64,000 nt of DNA from an uncultured Burkholderiales bacterium (GTDB lineage: Bacteria; Actinomycetota; Acidimicrobiia; IMCC26256; JAGPDB01): positions 19,676 to 83,675 of the forward strand of contig CAYMMG010000005.1 of assembly GCA_964391505.1 (NCBI GenBank). The letters are read 5' to 3'. This document shows positions 52,577 through 61,865 of this stretch, one piece after another. The notes beneath the pieces are model-generated. The model saw only the letters and a list, made by a program, of their open reading frames with translations, searched no databases and was not told where the DNA came from. Made by a program: the position numbers and the translations under genes. Within the stretch, counting starts at the first letter, position 1, and every line of letters starts with the position of its first letter.

Positions 52577-53929
52577 ATGTCTGGTGATCTGAAAGCGAAA
52601 GCGCTCGAAATAACAGAGTCTGAGTCGGCGCTTTATGCGCAGCGCACACAAAAGTCGAGCGAACACACTGCTCGTGCTGCCAAGGTGCTCCCCATGGGCG
52701 TTCCGAGCTCTTTTCAGTTTTACGATCCACATCCCGTAGTAGCGACGCAAGCGCAAGGTTCATGGCTCGAAGATGTCGATGGAAATCACTATGTCGATTT
52801 CAATATGGGTTATGGTGCTCTGCTTGCAGGACACTGTCATCCTCTTTTGAAAAAGGCAATCATCGAGCAGCTTGAACTGGGAACACTGTTCGTAACCCCC
52901 TGCGACACAAACGCTGAAGTAGCTGAAATGTTGTGCGAGCGCTTCGGTATGGACATGTTTCGTTTCACGAACTCCGGTACCGAATCGACGCATGATGCGA
53001 TTCGTGTAGCGCGCGGGTTCACGGGACGCCATAAGATCGTCAAAGTCGAAGGTGGGTATCACGGCCATCATGATGATGTTCTGGTTTCAATGAAACCTTC
53101 TCTTGATGTTGCTGGTCCGGCTGATCATCCCATTTCTGTTCCAGCAAGTATGGGGTTGGATCCACATATCGCTGATATCACTACGGTTGTTCCCTACAAC
53201 GATGCAGATGCACTCGACGAAGTTCTTTCTACGGGAGAATATGCAGCTTTTATTGTCGAACCTGCGATGGAAAATATTGGCATTTGTTTACCTCAAGATG
53301 GATATCTTGAACGTGTGCGAGAAATTACTCGAAAAACAGGTACGGTGCTGATCTTCGATGAAGTCAAGACGGGCATCACTTCGGGATGGGGAGGAGCGAC
53401 AGGTCATTTTGGTGTTCAACCTGATTTGATTTGTCTTGCGAAGTCCATTGGCGGAGGATTGCCTCTGGGTGCATTCGGGGGTACGCGTGAACTGATGGAA
53501 ACGATTACCAATGGTGATGTCCTTCACCTAGGAACGTATAACGGTAACCCTCTCGTTATGGCAGCGTCACGCGCGGTGTTGCGTGATATCTGTACGAAAG
53601 ACGCTCTCGATGTCGCGATTGCACGAAACCGATCGATGCTCGACAAAATGGATGACATTATTGCCAATTACAAACTTCCTGCCCATACAGTTCAACTAGG
53701 AGCTAAGGGATGCATCACATGGTCGAAGACTCCCGTGCGAAATTATCGAGACTATAAATCCACTGATTTAGACATTGCCTATGCACAATGGCTGTGGGGA
53801 ATTAACCGCGGGATCTTATTGCCTCCTGGGCTCGACGAACAGTGGCTTGTGAGCGTCCAACACACAGATGAAGATTGTGACGTCAACGTTGATGTTTTTG
53901 AATCTTTTGCAGTTGAACTCACTTCGTAA
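52577..53929 (+). CDS. class III aminotransferase (glutamate-1-semialdehyde aminomutase family)
   Basis: FDEVKTGITSG and LAKSIGGGLPLGAFGG (PLP Lys) motifs. ATG 52577 has a GGAGGA RBS and is preferred over GTG 52544. Confidence 0.8.
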   Translation: MSGDLKAKALEITESESALYAQRTQKSSEHTARAAKVLPMGVPSSFQFYDPHPVVATQAQGSWLEDVDGNHYVDFNMGYGALLAGHCHPLLKKAIIEQLELGTLFVTPCDTNAEVAEMLCERFGMDMFRFTNSGTESTHDAIRVARGFTGRHKIVKVEGGYHGHHDDVLVSMKPSLDVAGPADHPISVPASMGLDPHIADITTVVPYNDADALDEVLSTGEYAAFIVEPAMENIGICLPQDGYLERVREITRKTGTVLIFDEVKTGITSGWGGATGHFGVQPDLICLAKSIGGGLPLGAFGGTRELMETITNGDVLHLGTYNGNPLVMAASRAVLRDICTKDALDVAIARNRSMLDKMDDIIANYKLPAHTVQLGAKGCITWSKTPVRNYRDYKSTDLDIAYAQWLWGINRGILLPPGLDEQWLVSVQHTDEDCDVNVDVFESFAVELTS

Positions 53930-53986
53930 ATGCACTATCGGTAGACCAAACTTGCTCAATGTCCTATTATTCATTAGGATGTATAA

Positions 53987-54514
53987 ATGCCTCTCCAAGT
54001 AGATAAGACTGAAGTGCTGTCTTTCATGCCCCTTACCCAGCACTGGGTTCCTCTGCTCTGGCCGCTTATTGAAGGACATATCGCAGAGATTCCTCGATCG
54101 TGGCCCACAACACATGCTGAACTTGAAGAATGGGCCCTTGGAACCCGCAAGCAGCAGACTATCGCCGACAGGTCAGTTATCCTTATGCAAAGCAACGAGG
54201 GCAGGGAACACCTTCCTGTAGGCCTTATAACTGGAGATCTTGTACGAGGAGCAAATTCATCAAACTTTCCTGGGGCGGAACTCGGTGATGTGAATATCGC
54301 TTACATGGTGTTCTCTCTTTATCGGGGAGCAGGGATTGCATCGCGTGCACTAGATCAAGTGCGTCAAGCTTGGATTGAGGATAGTAAAAACCCGGTTTTG
54401 CGTATCGATATAAGCAATAAAGCATCACAGTCAGTGGCAGAGAAGGCAGGCTTTAGCTATGTGGAAACTGTGGAAGTAGAAGGTAGAAAATTACAGCTGT
54501 ACCGCTCTGCATAA
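53987..54514 (+). CDS. GNAT family N-acetyltransferase
   Basis: 175 aa with YRGAGIASRALDQV (R/Q-x-x-G-x-G/A-like) and NKASQSVAEKAGF motifs. Confidence 0.7.
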   Translation: MPLQVDKTEVLSFMPLTQHWVPLLWPLIEGHIAEIPRSWPTTHAELEEWALGTRKQQTIADRSVILMQSNEGREHLPVGLITGDLVRGANSSNFPGAELGDVNIAYMVFSLYRGAGIASRALDQVRQAWIEDSKNPVLRIDISNKASQSVAEKAGFSYVETVEVEGRKLQLYRSA

Positions 54515-54634
54515 TGTTTAATCTGTAGCGGTTTATCAGGCTTGTAGTCGCATCAGTCGCACAAAGAGAGCAGAATGCGTCTATACTATGTGCCGAGAAT
54601 AAAAAGTATTCTCACTAAGTGAATTGAGTATGTT

Positions 54635-54841
54635 TTGGCTACAGGTACAGTTAAATTTTTTAACGCAGAGAAGGGCTTCGGCTTTATAACTCTTGATGAT
54701 GGTGGGAAAGATGTATTCGTACACTTCTCGAACATTGCAGGAGAAGGACACAAGTCTTTGGACGATGGTGCGAAGGTCGAATTCGACGTAGCTCCCGGCC
54801 AAAAAGGTGACGAAGCACAAAACGTGCGCCTTGTCGGCTAA
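54635..54841 (+). CDS. cspA: cold-shock protein (CspA family)
   Basis: 68 aa with (M)[20 protein letters not shown]1 and VFVHF RNP2. The conserved N-terminus requires a TTG start. Confidence 0.9.
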   Translation: MATGTVKFFNAEKGFGFITLDDGGKDVFVHFSNIAGEGHKSLDDGAKVEFDVAPGQKGDEAQNVRLVG

Positions 54842-54892
54842 ATAATTTTATTTGGGTAGCTTTCTATCCATTTATTTATATTAAATAAGTAT

Positions 54893-54922
54893 GCCGAGTG
54901 GTTACGCTCGGCTTTACTTTTT
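54893..54922 (+). terminator. intrinsic terminator candidate downstream of cspA
   Basis: GCCGAG-tggttacg-CTCGGC followed by TTTACTTTTT. Confidence 0.55.
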
Positions 54923-55044
54923 GGTAGTGAATTCTCTATTACGCGCGAGCATTCGGTTTGTTGCAAATCCAAATCTTCATTCGTTTGGAGTAGGGCGGAT
55001 GCAGATTCACTGAGGTCGATATTTCTTCTGGCTAAGCTTCCTCT

Positions 55045-55347
55045 ATGCAACTAAGTTTTTACGTCAACGGTGAGGTAGTTGAGTTCTATGAAAATGGGTG
55101 GCATACTCATGTTGAACTTCGTAACCAAAGTGGAACTGTAGTATTGCAAAAGGGTTTCAATTTGGGTCATATGCTTACCGGCTCGTTTGGGTTGTTGGTA
55201 TATGAAGGCGAATGGCGTGATCATAAGATTCTTGTGAAAGTGACAATCAATAAATTTACGATTCCCTATCGACGTAGATACAGAATTTGGGTCGATGACC
55301 AACTTGTGACAGATCAAGTTCTAAAGTCATTTTGGCACTCAAGCTAA
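55045..55347 (+). CDS. hypothetical protein
   Basis: 100-aa ORF, beta-rich, with no recognisable motif. Confidence 0.4.
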   Translation: MQLSFYVNGEVVEFYENGWHTHVELRNQSGTVVLQKGFNLGHMLTGSFGLLVYEGEWRDHKILVKVTINKFTIPYRRRYRIWVDDQLVTDQVLKSFWHSS

Positions 55348-55492
55348 GAGCTGGGAGTTAATCCTAAATGCTCGTCTTTCGCAGACTTTTTTTACCGTAA
55401 CGCTAAACAGGCAACCAAAAGGTTGCATTAATTGAAAAACTACTGTATATTAAAACGTGTAGGTACACGTAATAATTGAAAAGGAAAGAGTT

Positions 55493-55927
55493 ATGCAAGA
55501 TGCGATTATAAGAGAAATCATCGTTACGGCAGATAAAGAAAGAGTGTATAAAGCCATTTCTGATCCTGAACAGATTGTCACGTGGTTTCCTGATGTCGTT
55601 GAGGGAAGCCTGGAAGTTGGCGAACGCCCTATTTTCATGTTTACGGAACAGGAACATAAGACTTCTGCATATATTGAAGCAGCCAATCCTTTTGAATACT
55701 TCGCATATCGATGGGTTCCAGGAGGCGCTGGTATCGTTGGCGATGTTTTGACTGTACCTAATACGCTCGTTGAATTCTTTATTGAAGAAACTGAACAAGG
55801 AACAAAGGTCACATTGAAAGAGTCTGGATTTTCGTCCTTGCCTGCTGAAGTAGCACAAGAGAGTTTGGAGCAAAATTCTGGAGGTTGGGAATATATGATG
55901 GGCCGTCTCGAGAAGGTAATGAATTAA
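55493..55927 (+). CDS. SRPBCC/AHSA1-domain protein
   Basis: 144 aa with an Activator-of-Hsp90-ATPase-like pattern (ERVYKAISDPEQIVTWFP...). AAGGAAAGAG RBS. It is paired with ArsR. Confidence 0.7.
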   Translation: MQDAIIREIIVTADKERVYKAISDPEQIVTWFPDVVEGSLEVGERPIFMFTEQEHKTSAYIEAANPFEYFAYRWVPGGAGIVGDVLTVPNTLVEFFIEETEQGTKVTLKESGFSSLPAEVAQESLEQNSGGWEYMMGRLEKVMN

Positions 55928-55932
55928 CACTG

Positions 55933-56244
55933 ATGGCCGTTGCTGAGTTATTTCGAGCTCTCGGAGATCCAACTCGACTCGAAATGGTACGGAGGCTTTC
56001 GAAAGGCACTCCGCACACGATTTCGTCTATTTCAAGTGGGTTGGAAATTAGTCGTCAAGGCGCGCGAAAACATCTTCAGATATTGGTTGATGCAAAGATA
56101 ATCAAGCTCGTTCCCAAAGGACGAGATACCGATGTTCTACTCCTGCGCAATACTCTCGACCAAGGCAGAGCTTTTATCGAGAAACTCGAACTTCAGTGGG
56201 ACCAGCGACTCGATGCCCTGCGACGCTTTGTTGATGAGGAATAA
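55933..56244 (+). CDS. ArsR/SmtB family transcriptional regulator
   Basis: ELFRALGDPTRLEMVRRL HTH signature. ATG 55933 lies just after the SRPBCC stop. Confidence 0.75.
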   Translation: MAVAELFRALGDPTRLEMVRRLSKGTPHTISSISSGLEISRQGARKHLQILVDAKIIKLVPKGRDTDVLLLRNTLDQGRAFIEKLELQWDQRLDALRRFVDEE

Positions 56245-56292
56245 GTAGAGAACTGAGTCATTTACAAATCGTGCTTAATGTAGAGTGTTTGG

Positions 56293-57417
56293 ATGCCTGA
56301 TGCCTACCTCACTGCTTTTGGTGAATTTCTGCCCGGCGAACCAGTCTCCAATGAGAACATTGAAGATTACATCGGCATTATCGGTGAGAAAATTTCGAAG
56401 TACAAGAAGATGGTCCTCCGGCAGAACAAAATTCACACTCGCTATTATGCTTCTAACCAAGACGGTAGTTTCGAATATACCGTGGCCGAAATAGCTGCCA
56501 AAGCTATCCTGAATACGATAAAAAACTCAGAAGCCCAAATCGACGATATAGATTTTCTAGCAACAAGTTGTTCAATCCACGATGCAATGCTTCCGGGCTT
56601 GGCCTCCCTGGTTCACTCGAAGTTAGATATCGATGCGATTGATATCGCAAGCTATCAGAGCGTATGTGGAAGTTCAATCATGGCGCTGAGAGGTGCGGTG
56701 AATTCCGTTCGTGTTGGTGAAGTGCAGTTGGCAGCCGTTTCTGGTTCGGAAATTGCAAGCCGCCATTTTCGCCCGACCTTCTATGAAGGAACCGAATATT
56801 TCAAAGAAAATAAAGCGCTTCCGCTCGAACAAGAATTTCTCCGCTATACACTTTCAGATGGTGCTGGAGCAGTGCTTTGCGAATCGCGTCCAAATTCACA
56901 ATCGGTCTCGCTTAAAGTTGAATGGATTAGGGCGCAATCGTTTGCAAACCGTTTTCCTGCCTGCATGATTGGTGGTGCAGTAAAAGAAAACGGTCGCGTC
57001 ATCTCCTGGGGAAACCAAGATTCGCTAGAGTCGGCAATAGAAAAGGGGTGTTTCGTTCTCTCCCAAGACCTGAAGCTTGTCTACGAGATGATACCGGTAT
57101 GGGTCGGACATTACTTGTCGCTTGTTGAAGAAGGCGCGATCGTTCCAGATGAAATTGATCATGTAGTCAGTCATTATTCTTCCGAGAGCCTTAAAACAGA
57201 AGTCGTTAAGCTCCTGGAAAAATCTGGCTCTATGATCGATGAAGATAAATGGTTTAGCAATCTTTCGTATAAAGGAAATACAGGTTCGGCGTCCATTTTT
57301 ATATTGTTGCATGAGCTTTTTTACTCCGGAAAGCTGGTGGAAGGTCAAAAAGTTTTATGCCATGTTCCTGAAAGTGGACAAGCTTTTAATTCGTTCATGC
57401 TTCTGGAGGTCGTATGA
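56293..57417 (+). CDS. beta-ketoacyl-ACP synthase III-like condensing enzyme (FabH/KAS III family)
   Basis: 374 aa. Candidate Cys-His-Asn triad in the expected order (QSVCGSS, VVSHYSS, KGNTGSASI), with a thiolase-fold length. Confidence 0.7.
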   Translation: MPDAYLTAFGEFLPGEPVSNENIEDYIGIIGEKISKYKKMVLRQNKIHTRYYASNQDGSFEYTVAEIAAKAILNTIKNSEAQIDDIDFLATSCSIHDAMLPGLASLVHSKLDIDAIDIASYQSVCGSSIMALRGAVNSVRVGEVQLAAVSGSEIASRHFRPTFYEGTEYFKENKALPLEQEFLRYTLSDGAGAVLCESRPNSQSVSLKVEWIRAQSFANRFPACMIGGAVKENGRVISWGNQDSLESAIEKGCFVLSQDLKLVYEMIPVWVGHYLSLVEEGAIVPDEIDHVVSHYSSESLKTEVVKLLEKSGSMIDEDKWFSNLSYKGNTGSASIFILLHELFYSGKLVEGQKVLCHVPESGQAFNSFMLLEVV

Positions 57418-58085
57418 GTCAACCCAGCGAAATGGTTATGCGCAATCTCCTCATCGTTTGGACGGATTTTGAAAGCCGTTTGAACACAGTTCCTCTATTG
57501 AAAAAACTGTCGAATGGCCGCTTTACTCTAGAGGACTACAAACTTCTCTTGATCAACCACCGTCAACAAGTTGTTGAAGGATCCCGGTGGATATCTCGTG
57601 CAGCATCGAGCATCACCTCAGATTACTTAGAGCTGCGCTCGACTTTTCTCTCACACAGCATTACTGAACATCGTGACTATGAAATGCTGGAGTGGCAATA
57701 TGTTGAGATCGGTGGTTCGCTCGACGAAATACGGCAAGCTCCCAAAAATATTGGCACGGAAATCTTTCATTCGTACATGTTTCAGCAATCCAGTATGGAA
57801 AATCCGTTTCAACTACTTGGTTCGATGTTCATTATTGAAGGCTTGGGTCAGAGAAAAGCTAAATCGTGGGGCATTGAAATAAAGGAACAGCTCAAACTGA
57901 GTGATGCCGCTGTAGAGTTCTATGTGTACCACGGAGAGAATGACCCACAGCATATGGAAGAGTTCGATACGGCTTTGAATTCCGGGATTTTGGAAATTGA
58001 AGGTATGGGAGAGAAAATAGTTAAAACTGCAAAAATTACTGCATTGCTATACGAGTTGCAGTTGCGTGAAATAGGAAATTACTGA
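57414..58085 (+). CDS. heme-oxygenase-like fold, iron-containing redox enzyme family candidate
   Basis: 223 aa, all-helical, with Glu/His-containing segments VVEG, ITEHRDYE, IIEG and HGENDPQH. ATGA overlap with the KAS III-like gene. The assignment is by pattern only. Confidence 0.5.
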   Translation: MSQPSEMVMRNLLIVWTDFESRLNTVPLLKKLSNGRFTLEDYKLLLINHRQQVVEGSRWISRAASSITSDYLELRSTFLSHSITEHRDYEMLEWQYVEIGGSLDEIRQAPKNIGTEIFHSYMFQQSSMENPFQLLGSMFIIEGLGQRKAKSWGIEIKEQLKLSDAAVEFYVYHGENDPQHMEEFDTALNSGILEIEGMGEKIVKTAKITALLYELQLREIGNY

Positions 58086-58669
58086 TGGATAACGATACCG
58101 AAGTTCTCATTCTCAATTTTATTCTGTTCGTTATCCTTCCCTTGTGGGGGCTATCAGGTTTATTTGACTGGTGGTGCCACAAAAAATCCGACATTGAAAA
58201 GACTTCAGGATTGAAGGAATCATTAATTCATGCTTTGATGGGTGCCCAAATCGGGATCGCTTTTATTTTGGGAATCTTTTTCGAACTTACTGTTTTAACT
58301 TATTTAATTATGTTTATATGTTTAGTTATGCATGAAGTTGTAGCGCATTGGGACGTGAGATATTCTCAACCGAAACGCAATATTACAATTTGGGAAATGC
58401 ATGCGCACAACTACTTAGGCACGATCCCTTTGTATCTTTTCGCGCTCATCAGCGTTTTGGGATGGGAGGTTGTTACAAAAACTTTGTCCTTAGCGTGGAG
58501 TGATTCTTTTGCTTTCCGATTCCGTGACACGCCCATTGGTGGTGCTCGTTACTATGTCATTTATGGAATATTCATCTCTTTAGTGTGTGTTTTTCCATAT
58601 GTTTCCGAGGTGCTACGTTGTTGGCGTTACGAGAAGGAGGTTAAGGCAAATGGGAATATCGTTTCGTAA
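58085..58669 (+). CDS. His-rich integral membrane protein of unknown function
   Basis: 194 aa with about 5 TM segments and conserved-looking His clusters WWCHKK, LIHALMG, MHEVVAHWD and EMHAHNY. TGATG overlap with the upstream gene. Confidence 0.5.
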   Translation: MDNDTEVLILNFILFVILPLWGLSGLFDWWCHKKSDIEKTSGLKESLIHALMGAQIGIAFILGIFFELTVLTYLIMFICLVMHEVVAHWDVRYSQPKRNITIWEMHAHNYLGTIPLYLFALISVLGWEVVTKTLSLAWSDSFAFRFRDTPIGGARYYVIYGIFISLVCVFPYVSEVLRCWRYEKEVKANGNIVS

Positions 58670-59489
58670 ATTTGATACCCCGTTCATTACCGCAATTCGA
58701 AGAGACCGATCACTTCCTATTGCTGACGTCGCGGTTGATATGTGGATCAATGATCTAAAAGGCGGATTGCGTTGGGCTGTCATGCCGGTACTGCGTCTTA
58801 TTTTTGGGGCTACTCTTTATCTCACATGGTTTGTTAAGCGGTTGTCACCGATCCAATTTAATTCTCACAAAAACTTGCAGCGTCTCATATGTTGGTTCTG
58901 CACCTATTTCGTAACTCCTGAAGCGAACTATTTGATACTGAGACATTTCTGGACCGAATCAAATATCTTGAACTTTCTTATTGATAACGATGAGAAAGAT
59001 GCCAACATTAAACCTGTCCAACTTTATCCGGCAAAAATTCGTGAAATGATGGCCGCTACCTTTGTAGATCACGATCAAGAGTTGTTTCGATACTTTAATG
59101 ATTCGCCACCGCAACCTCAGGCGCTCATTAAAGAAGGTGACATTAACTGGGAGCATTGGAAAGAGATTCAACTTGATGGTGAAGTATTGAAACGAAAGTT
59201 CACTCAACGCATCGACTTTGAAACTGCTCATGTTCTATTTATGTGTATCTTTTGTTTTTTCTTAACTGCAGATGAATATCGCGGAGCAATCAATGGCTTC
59301 AATCTTGATCAGTCGATAGCCATACGTATCGGTGCGCTCATCGGAGATGACTCACTCGTTGAATACGCGTATAACAAGAATCCTCTATATTTGGTAGGAC
59401 CAACTGACCTTACTCGCAGGTTCATCCTTCACGGATTCTTTACTGAATATATGCATGAACGCTTATTGCAATATAAGAATGGTTCGTAG
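58650..59489 (+). CDS. hypothetical membrane-associated protein
   Basis: 279 aa starting from ATG 58650, preceded by a GAAGGAGG RBS. It overlaps the end of the upstream gene by 20 nt and has two hydrophobic segments. Confidence 0.5.
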   Translation: MGISFRKFDTPFITAIRRDRSLPIADVAVDMWINDLKGGLRWAVMPVLRLIFGATLYLTWFVKRLSPIQFNSHKNLQRLICWFCTYFVTPEANYLILRHFWTESNILNFLIDNDEKDANIKPVQLYPAKIREMMAATFVDHDQELFRYFNDSPPQPQALIKEGDINWEHWKEIQLDGEVLKRKFTQRIDFETAHVLFMCIFCFFLTADEYRGAINGFNLDQSIAIRIGALIGDDSLVEYAYNKNPLYLVGPTDLTRRFILHGFFTEYMHERLLQYKNGS

Positions 59490-59533
59490 TTCCTGGTCTA
59501 TCCAGTAGATCGTCAACTCTCGCAGTCGTACGA

Positions 59534-59911
59534 TCATTTAGCTGCTTTCTTGGCCTCGTTGGTTTTTACTATTTCTCTGAGAATCTTTTTTATTTCAGCG
59601 GTCGGTACTTTTTGGTCGTACTTAATTTGTATGGTCCGTTTTAAAACGGTGTAGCCTTTTTTCTCAAGAGTTTTACGAATTTCGGGATCGATCTCATCGC
59701 ACCAAGGGCCAAAACTTGCATGATTCTTGAATGCATCAAATCCGCCGACCTGACCTTCGTACTTATAGAAAGGCACGTTCCAACTTATTCCTTCTTGTAC
59801 GTTAGGAATAGTGGACTTCATTATTTCCCGCAGTTCTTCCAGGTGGGAGCGTGCTTCTTCAGGTGCATTGGAGATGTAATCATCAACATCTTTTGGCTTT
59901 GACTTCGGCAT
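59534..59911 (-). CDS. DUF1801 (YdhG-like) domain protein
   Basis: 125 aa with DVDDYISNAPEEARSHLEELREIM...ISWNVPFY, the usual DUF1801 pattern. Confidence 0.65.
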   Translation of the reverse strand: MPKSKPKDVDDYISNAPEEARSHLEELREIMKSTIPNVQEGISWNVPFYKYEGQVGGFDAFKNHASFGPWCDEIDPEIRKTLEKKGYTVLKRTIQIKYDQKVPTAEIKKILREIVKTNEAKKAAK

Positions 59912-60066
59912 TTTCTTTCCCTTCAGGATGTGTTAATCCACGTAGGCGCTAGGTGTCAGGAGATACAGTATCACTGTCTTGATGTTGGTTAAAATGAGAA
60001 GACATTTTGCAAACAAAGAAGAATTTCGCTGCTCTTCCCGAAGATTGACAACTTTATGGACATCAC

Positions 60067-60456
60067 ATGAACGAAGAAATCAGAAATTACAACAGAAATC
60101 TATCTAAACAGGATCGTGAAATTTGTGTATTGCTCGCAACCGAAATCGATCGCAAACTTCCTGATGCCGAAAACAAAATATGGCATGCTCACCCGGTCTG
60201 GTTTTTAGACGGCAACCCTATTGTGGGCTACAGCAAACTTAAAGATTCTGTTCGTTTGTTATTTTGGAGTGGCCAATCTTTCGACGAAAATTCTCTAGAA
60301 GTCGAAGGAAGCTTTAAGGCAGCAGAGAAGCGTTATACCACTGTCGATGAAGTCAAAAAACGTGAGCTGGGGCGATGGCTTACAAAATCACGAGATATTC
60401 AGTGGGATTACAAAAACATTGTCAAACGAAAAGGCGTGTTGAAGCGGATTAAGTAG
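60067..60456 (+). CDS. DUF1801-like domain protein
   Basis: 129 aa with a KIWHAHPVWFLDGNPIVGYSKLKDSVRLLFW pattern. Confidence 0.55.
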   Translation: MNEEIRNYNRNLSKQDREICVLLATEIDRKLPDAENKIWHAHPVWFLDGNPIVGYSKLKDSVRLLFWSGQSFDENSLEVEGSFKAAEKRYTTVDEVKKRELGRWLTKSRDIQWDYKNIVKRKGVLKRIK

Positions 60457-60500
60457 ACGTTGCGAAACCACTGTCAGGTTTCTTCCACTATCTTCCGTAA

Positions 60501-60815
60501 CTAAGGAATGGGGATGTCGTCTTCCAGTCCGGTTGTATGCGAACTACCATTTCCTTTTCGTTGAGTTAACCAAATCATGGCTACAAACCATGCTGTTAAC
60601 GGGGTGAGAAGAAAATACGAAACCCCTGCGAGCCATTGTTGGGCGAAGATTGCCCAAAGCGCCCAAGCAGTAATTTCAAGAAGCCCTAAAACCCATGAGT
60701 GAAGCGAGAGTCCATCGAATCCTTCGCGTATTGATTTATAGGCTTGCGGAAGATATCTCACAAGATTTAATACAGTAGCTGTTATAGCTAATAATGCAAC
60801 AATGTTCGTTCTCAC
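60501..60815 (-). CDS. PQ-loop / SemiSWEET-like small transporter
   Basis: 104 aa with 3 TM segments and an LPQ motif in TM1 (LVRYLPQAYK). Confidence 0.5.
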   Translation of the reverse strand: MRTNIVALLAITATVLNLVRYLPQAYKSIREGFDGLSLHSWVLGLLEITAWALWAIFAQQWLAGVSYFLLTPLTAWFVAMIWLTQRKGNGSSHTTGLEDDIPIP

Positions 60816-60899
60816 GGGGAAATGTTACTACTACATAAGATTAATTTAACGGATCGCGAAGGAGCCGGATAACTCTCTCCGAACGTGGTTCATGAATTC

Positions 60900-61088
60900 T
60901 TAATAATGAATATATTGGAGAACATCGTAAACAACGAATGCTGGCCATATGAATGCTTTGAACACAGCGCCAAGAAACTGAACGAAGGTATCAGCCTGCT
61001 TGATGTAGTAAATGAACGCACCGATGAATCCAAAAAAATATACGGCGTTGCCGCCTTGTTTGGTTTTGTGTATTTCAATATTTGCCAT
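60900..61088 (-). CDS. small two-TM membrane protein
   Basis: 62 aa (YFFGFIGAFIYYI...FIWPAFVVY). It is preferred over the overlapping + strand ORF 60885-61100, which looks like an antisense shadow. Confidence 0.45.
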   Translation of the reverse strand: MANIEIHKTKQGGNAVYFFGFIGAFIYYIKQADTFVQFLGAVFKAFIWPAFVVYDVLQYIHY

Positions 61089-61110
61089 GGAAGCTCCTAG
61101 TTACTTTTAT

Positions 61111-61722
61111 CTATGAAAGAGAAAACGGGGGGTATTCATCCGTTACAAGTAGTGCCATGTAGGCAGATACGCGAATATGCCAACGGATTACTCCTACGTT
61201 GTATCGGAACAAGCTTTCTGGATACGTGCCGGTGAACAAGATTGCAAACCAGGAGATGATGACGGAAAAAATAGCACCGATAGATAGGATAAAGAGAGCT
61301 AAATAATGGGGAATTGCAAGGAACCATTTCACGAGAGGTAACCAACGACTCAGTTGCGAAGCATCGGGTTGCTCAATCTCTAGATGTACATTTTGATCAT
61401 TATCCGTCGATGGGTATTGATCAGTCATCAGCATGATGTACGTTCCAACGCGTGTTGAGAATCGTGTTAATTCAAGATTCCAGTCAAACCACCATTGCGG
61501 ATATTTTCTCCGGAAGAGAATCATTAGTAAAGGTCCCAGAATTAAAGTTCCTCCTGCCATAGTGATTGCTGTTTGTGCTTCATCGCTGCCGACCATATAG
61601 CTAGACCCTGAAACTGTTATTAAGAGGAAACAAATGGGGATAGCGGTAAAGATTCTAAAGAATGTCGACAAGCGATTCAACGGCTGAGTTGGATAATCGA
61701 CAGAAAGCTGAACAGTACTCAT
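61111..61722 (-). CDS. DUF4389-like membrane protein
   Basis: Repeated ...YP.W.FDWN.../...TGTYPESLF... modules with TM pairs. ATG 61722 has an AAGGAG RBS. Confidence 0.6.
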   Translation of the reverse strand: MSTVQLSVDYPTQPLNRLSTFFRIFTAIPICFLLITVSGSSYMVGSDEAQTAITMAGGTLILGPLLMILFRRKYPQWWFDWNLELTRFSTRVGTYIMLMTDQYPSTDNDQNVHLEIEQPDASQLSRWLPLVKWFLAIPHYLALFILSIGAIFSVIISWFAILFTGTYPESLFRYNVGVIRWHIRVSAYMALLVTDEYPPFSLS

Positions 61723-61865
61723 AAAGTCTCCTTGTTTACACGGTACGCATAATCTTGAGTATATCAATCGCCGTGTGTAGACGGAACGCACACTCAGCGA
61801 TCTGTCGCGCGCATCACGTTGACGAGTGGAGAATTGGACTTCAAAGTCTTATAGAATCGATAACA

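Noticed and set aside
60885-61100. Plus-strand ORF of 71 aa.
   Set aside because: It overlaps the minus-strand 62-aa ORF almost completely. The minus-strand product has a coherent two-TM hydrophobic pattern, while the plus-strand product does not.
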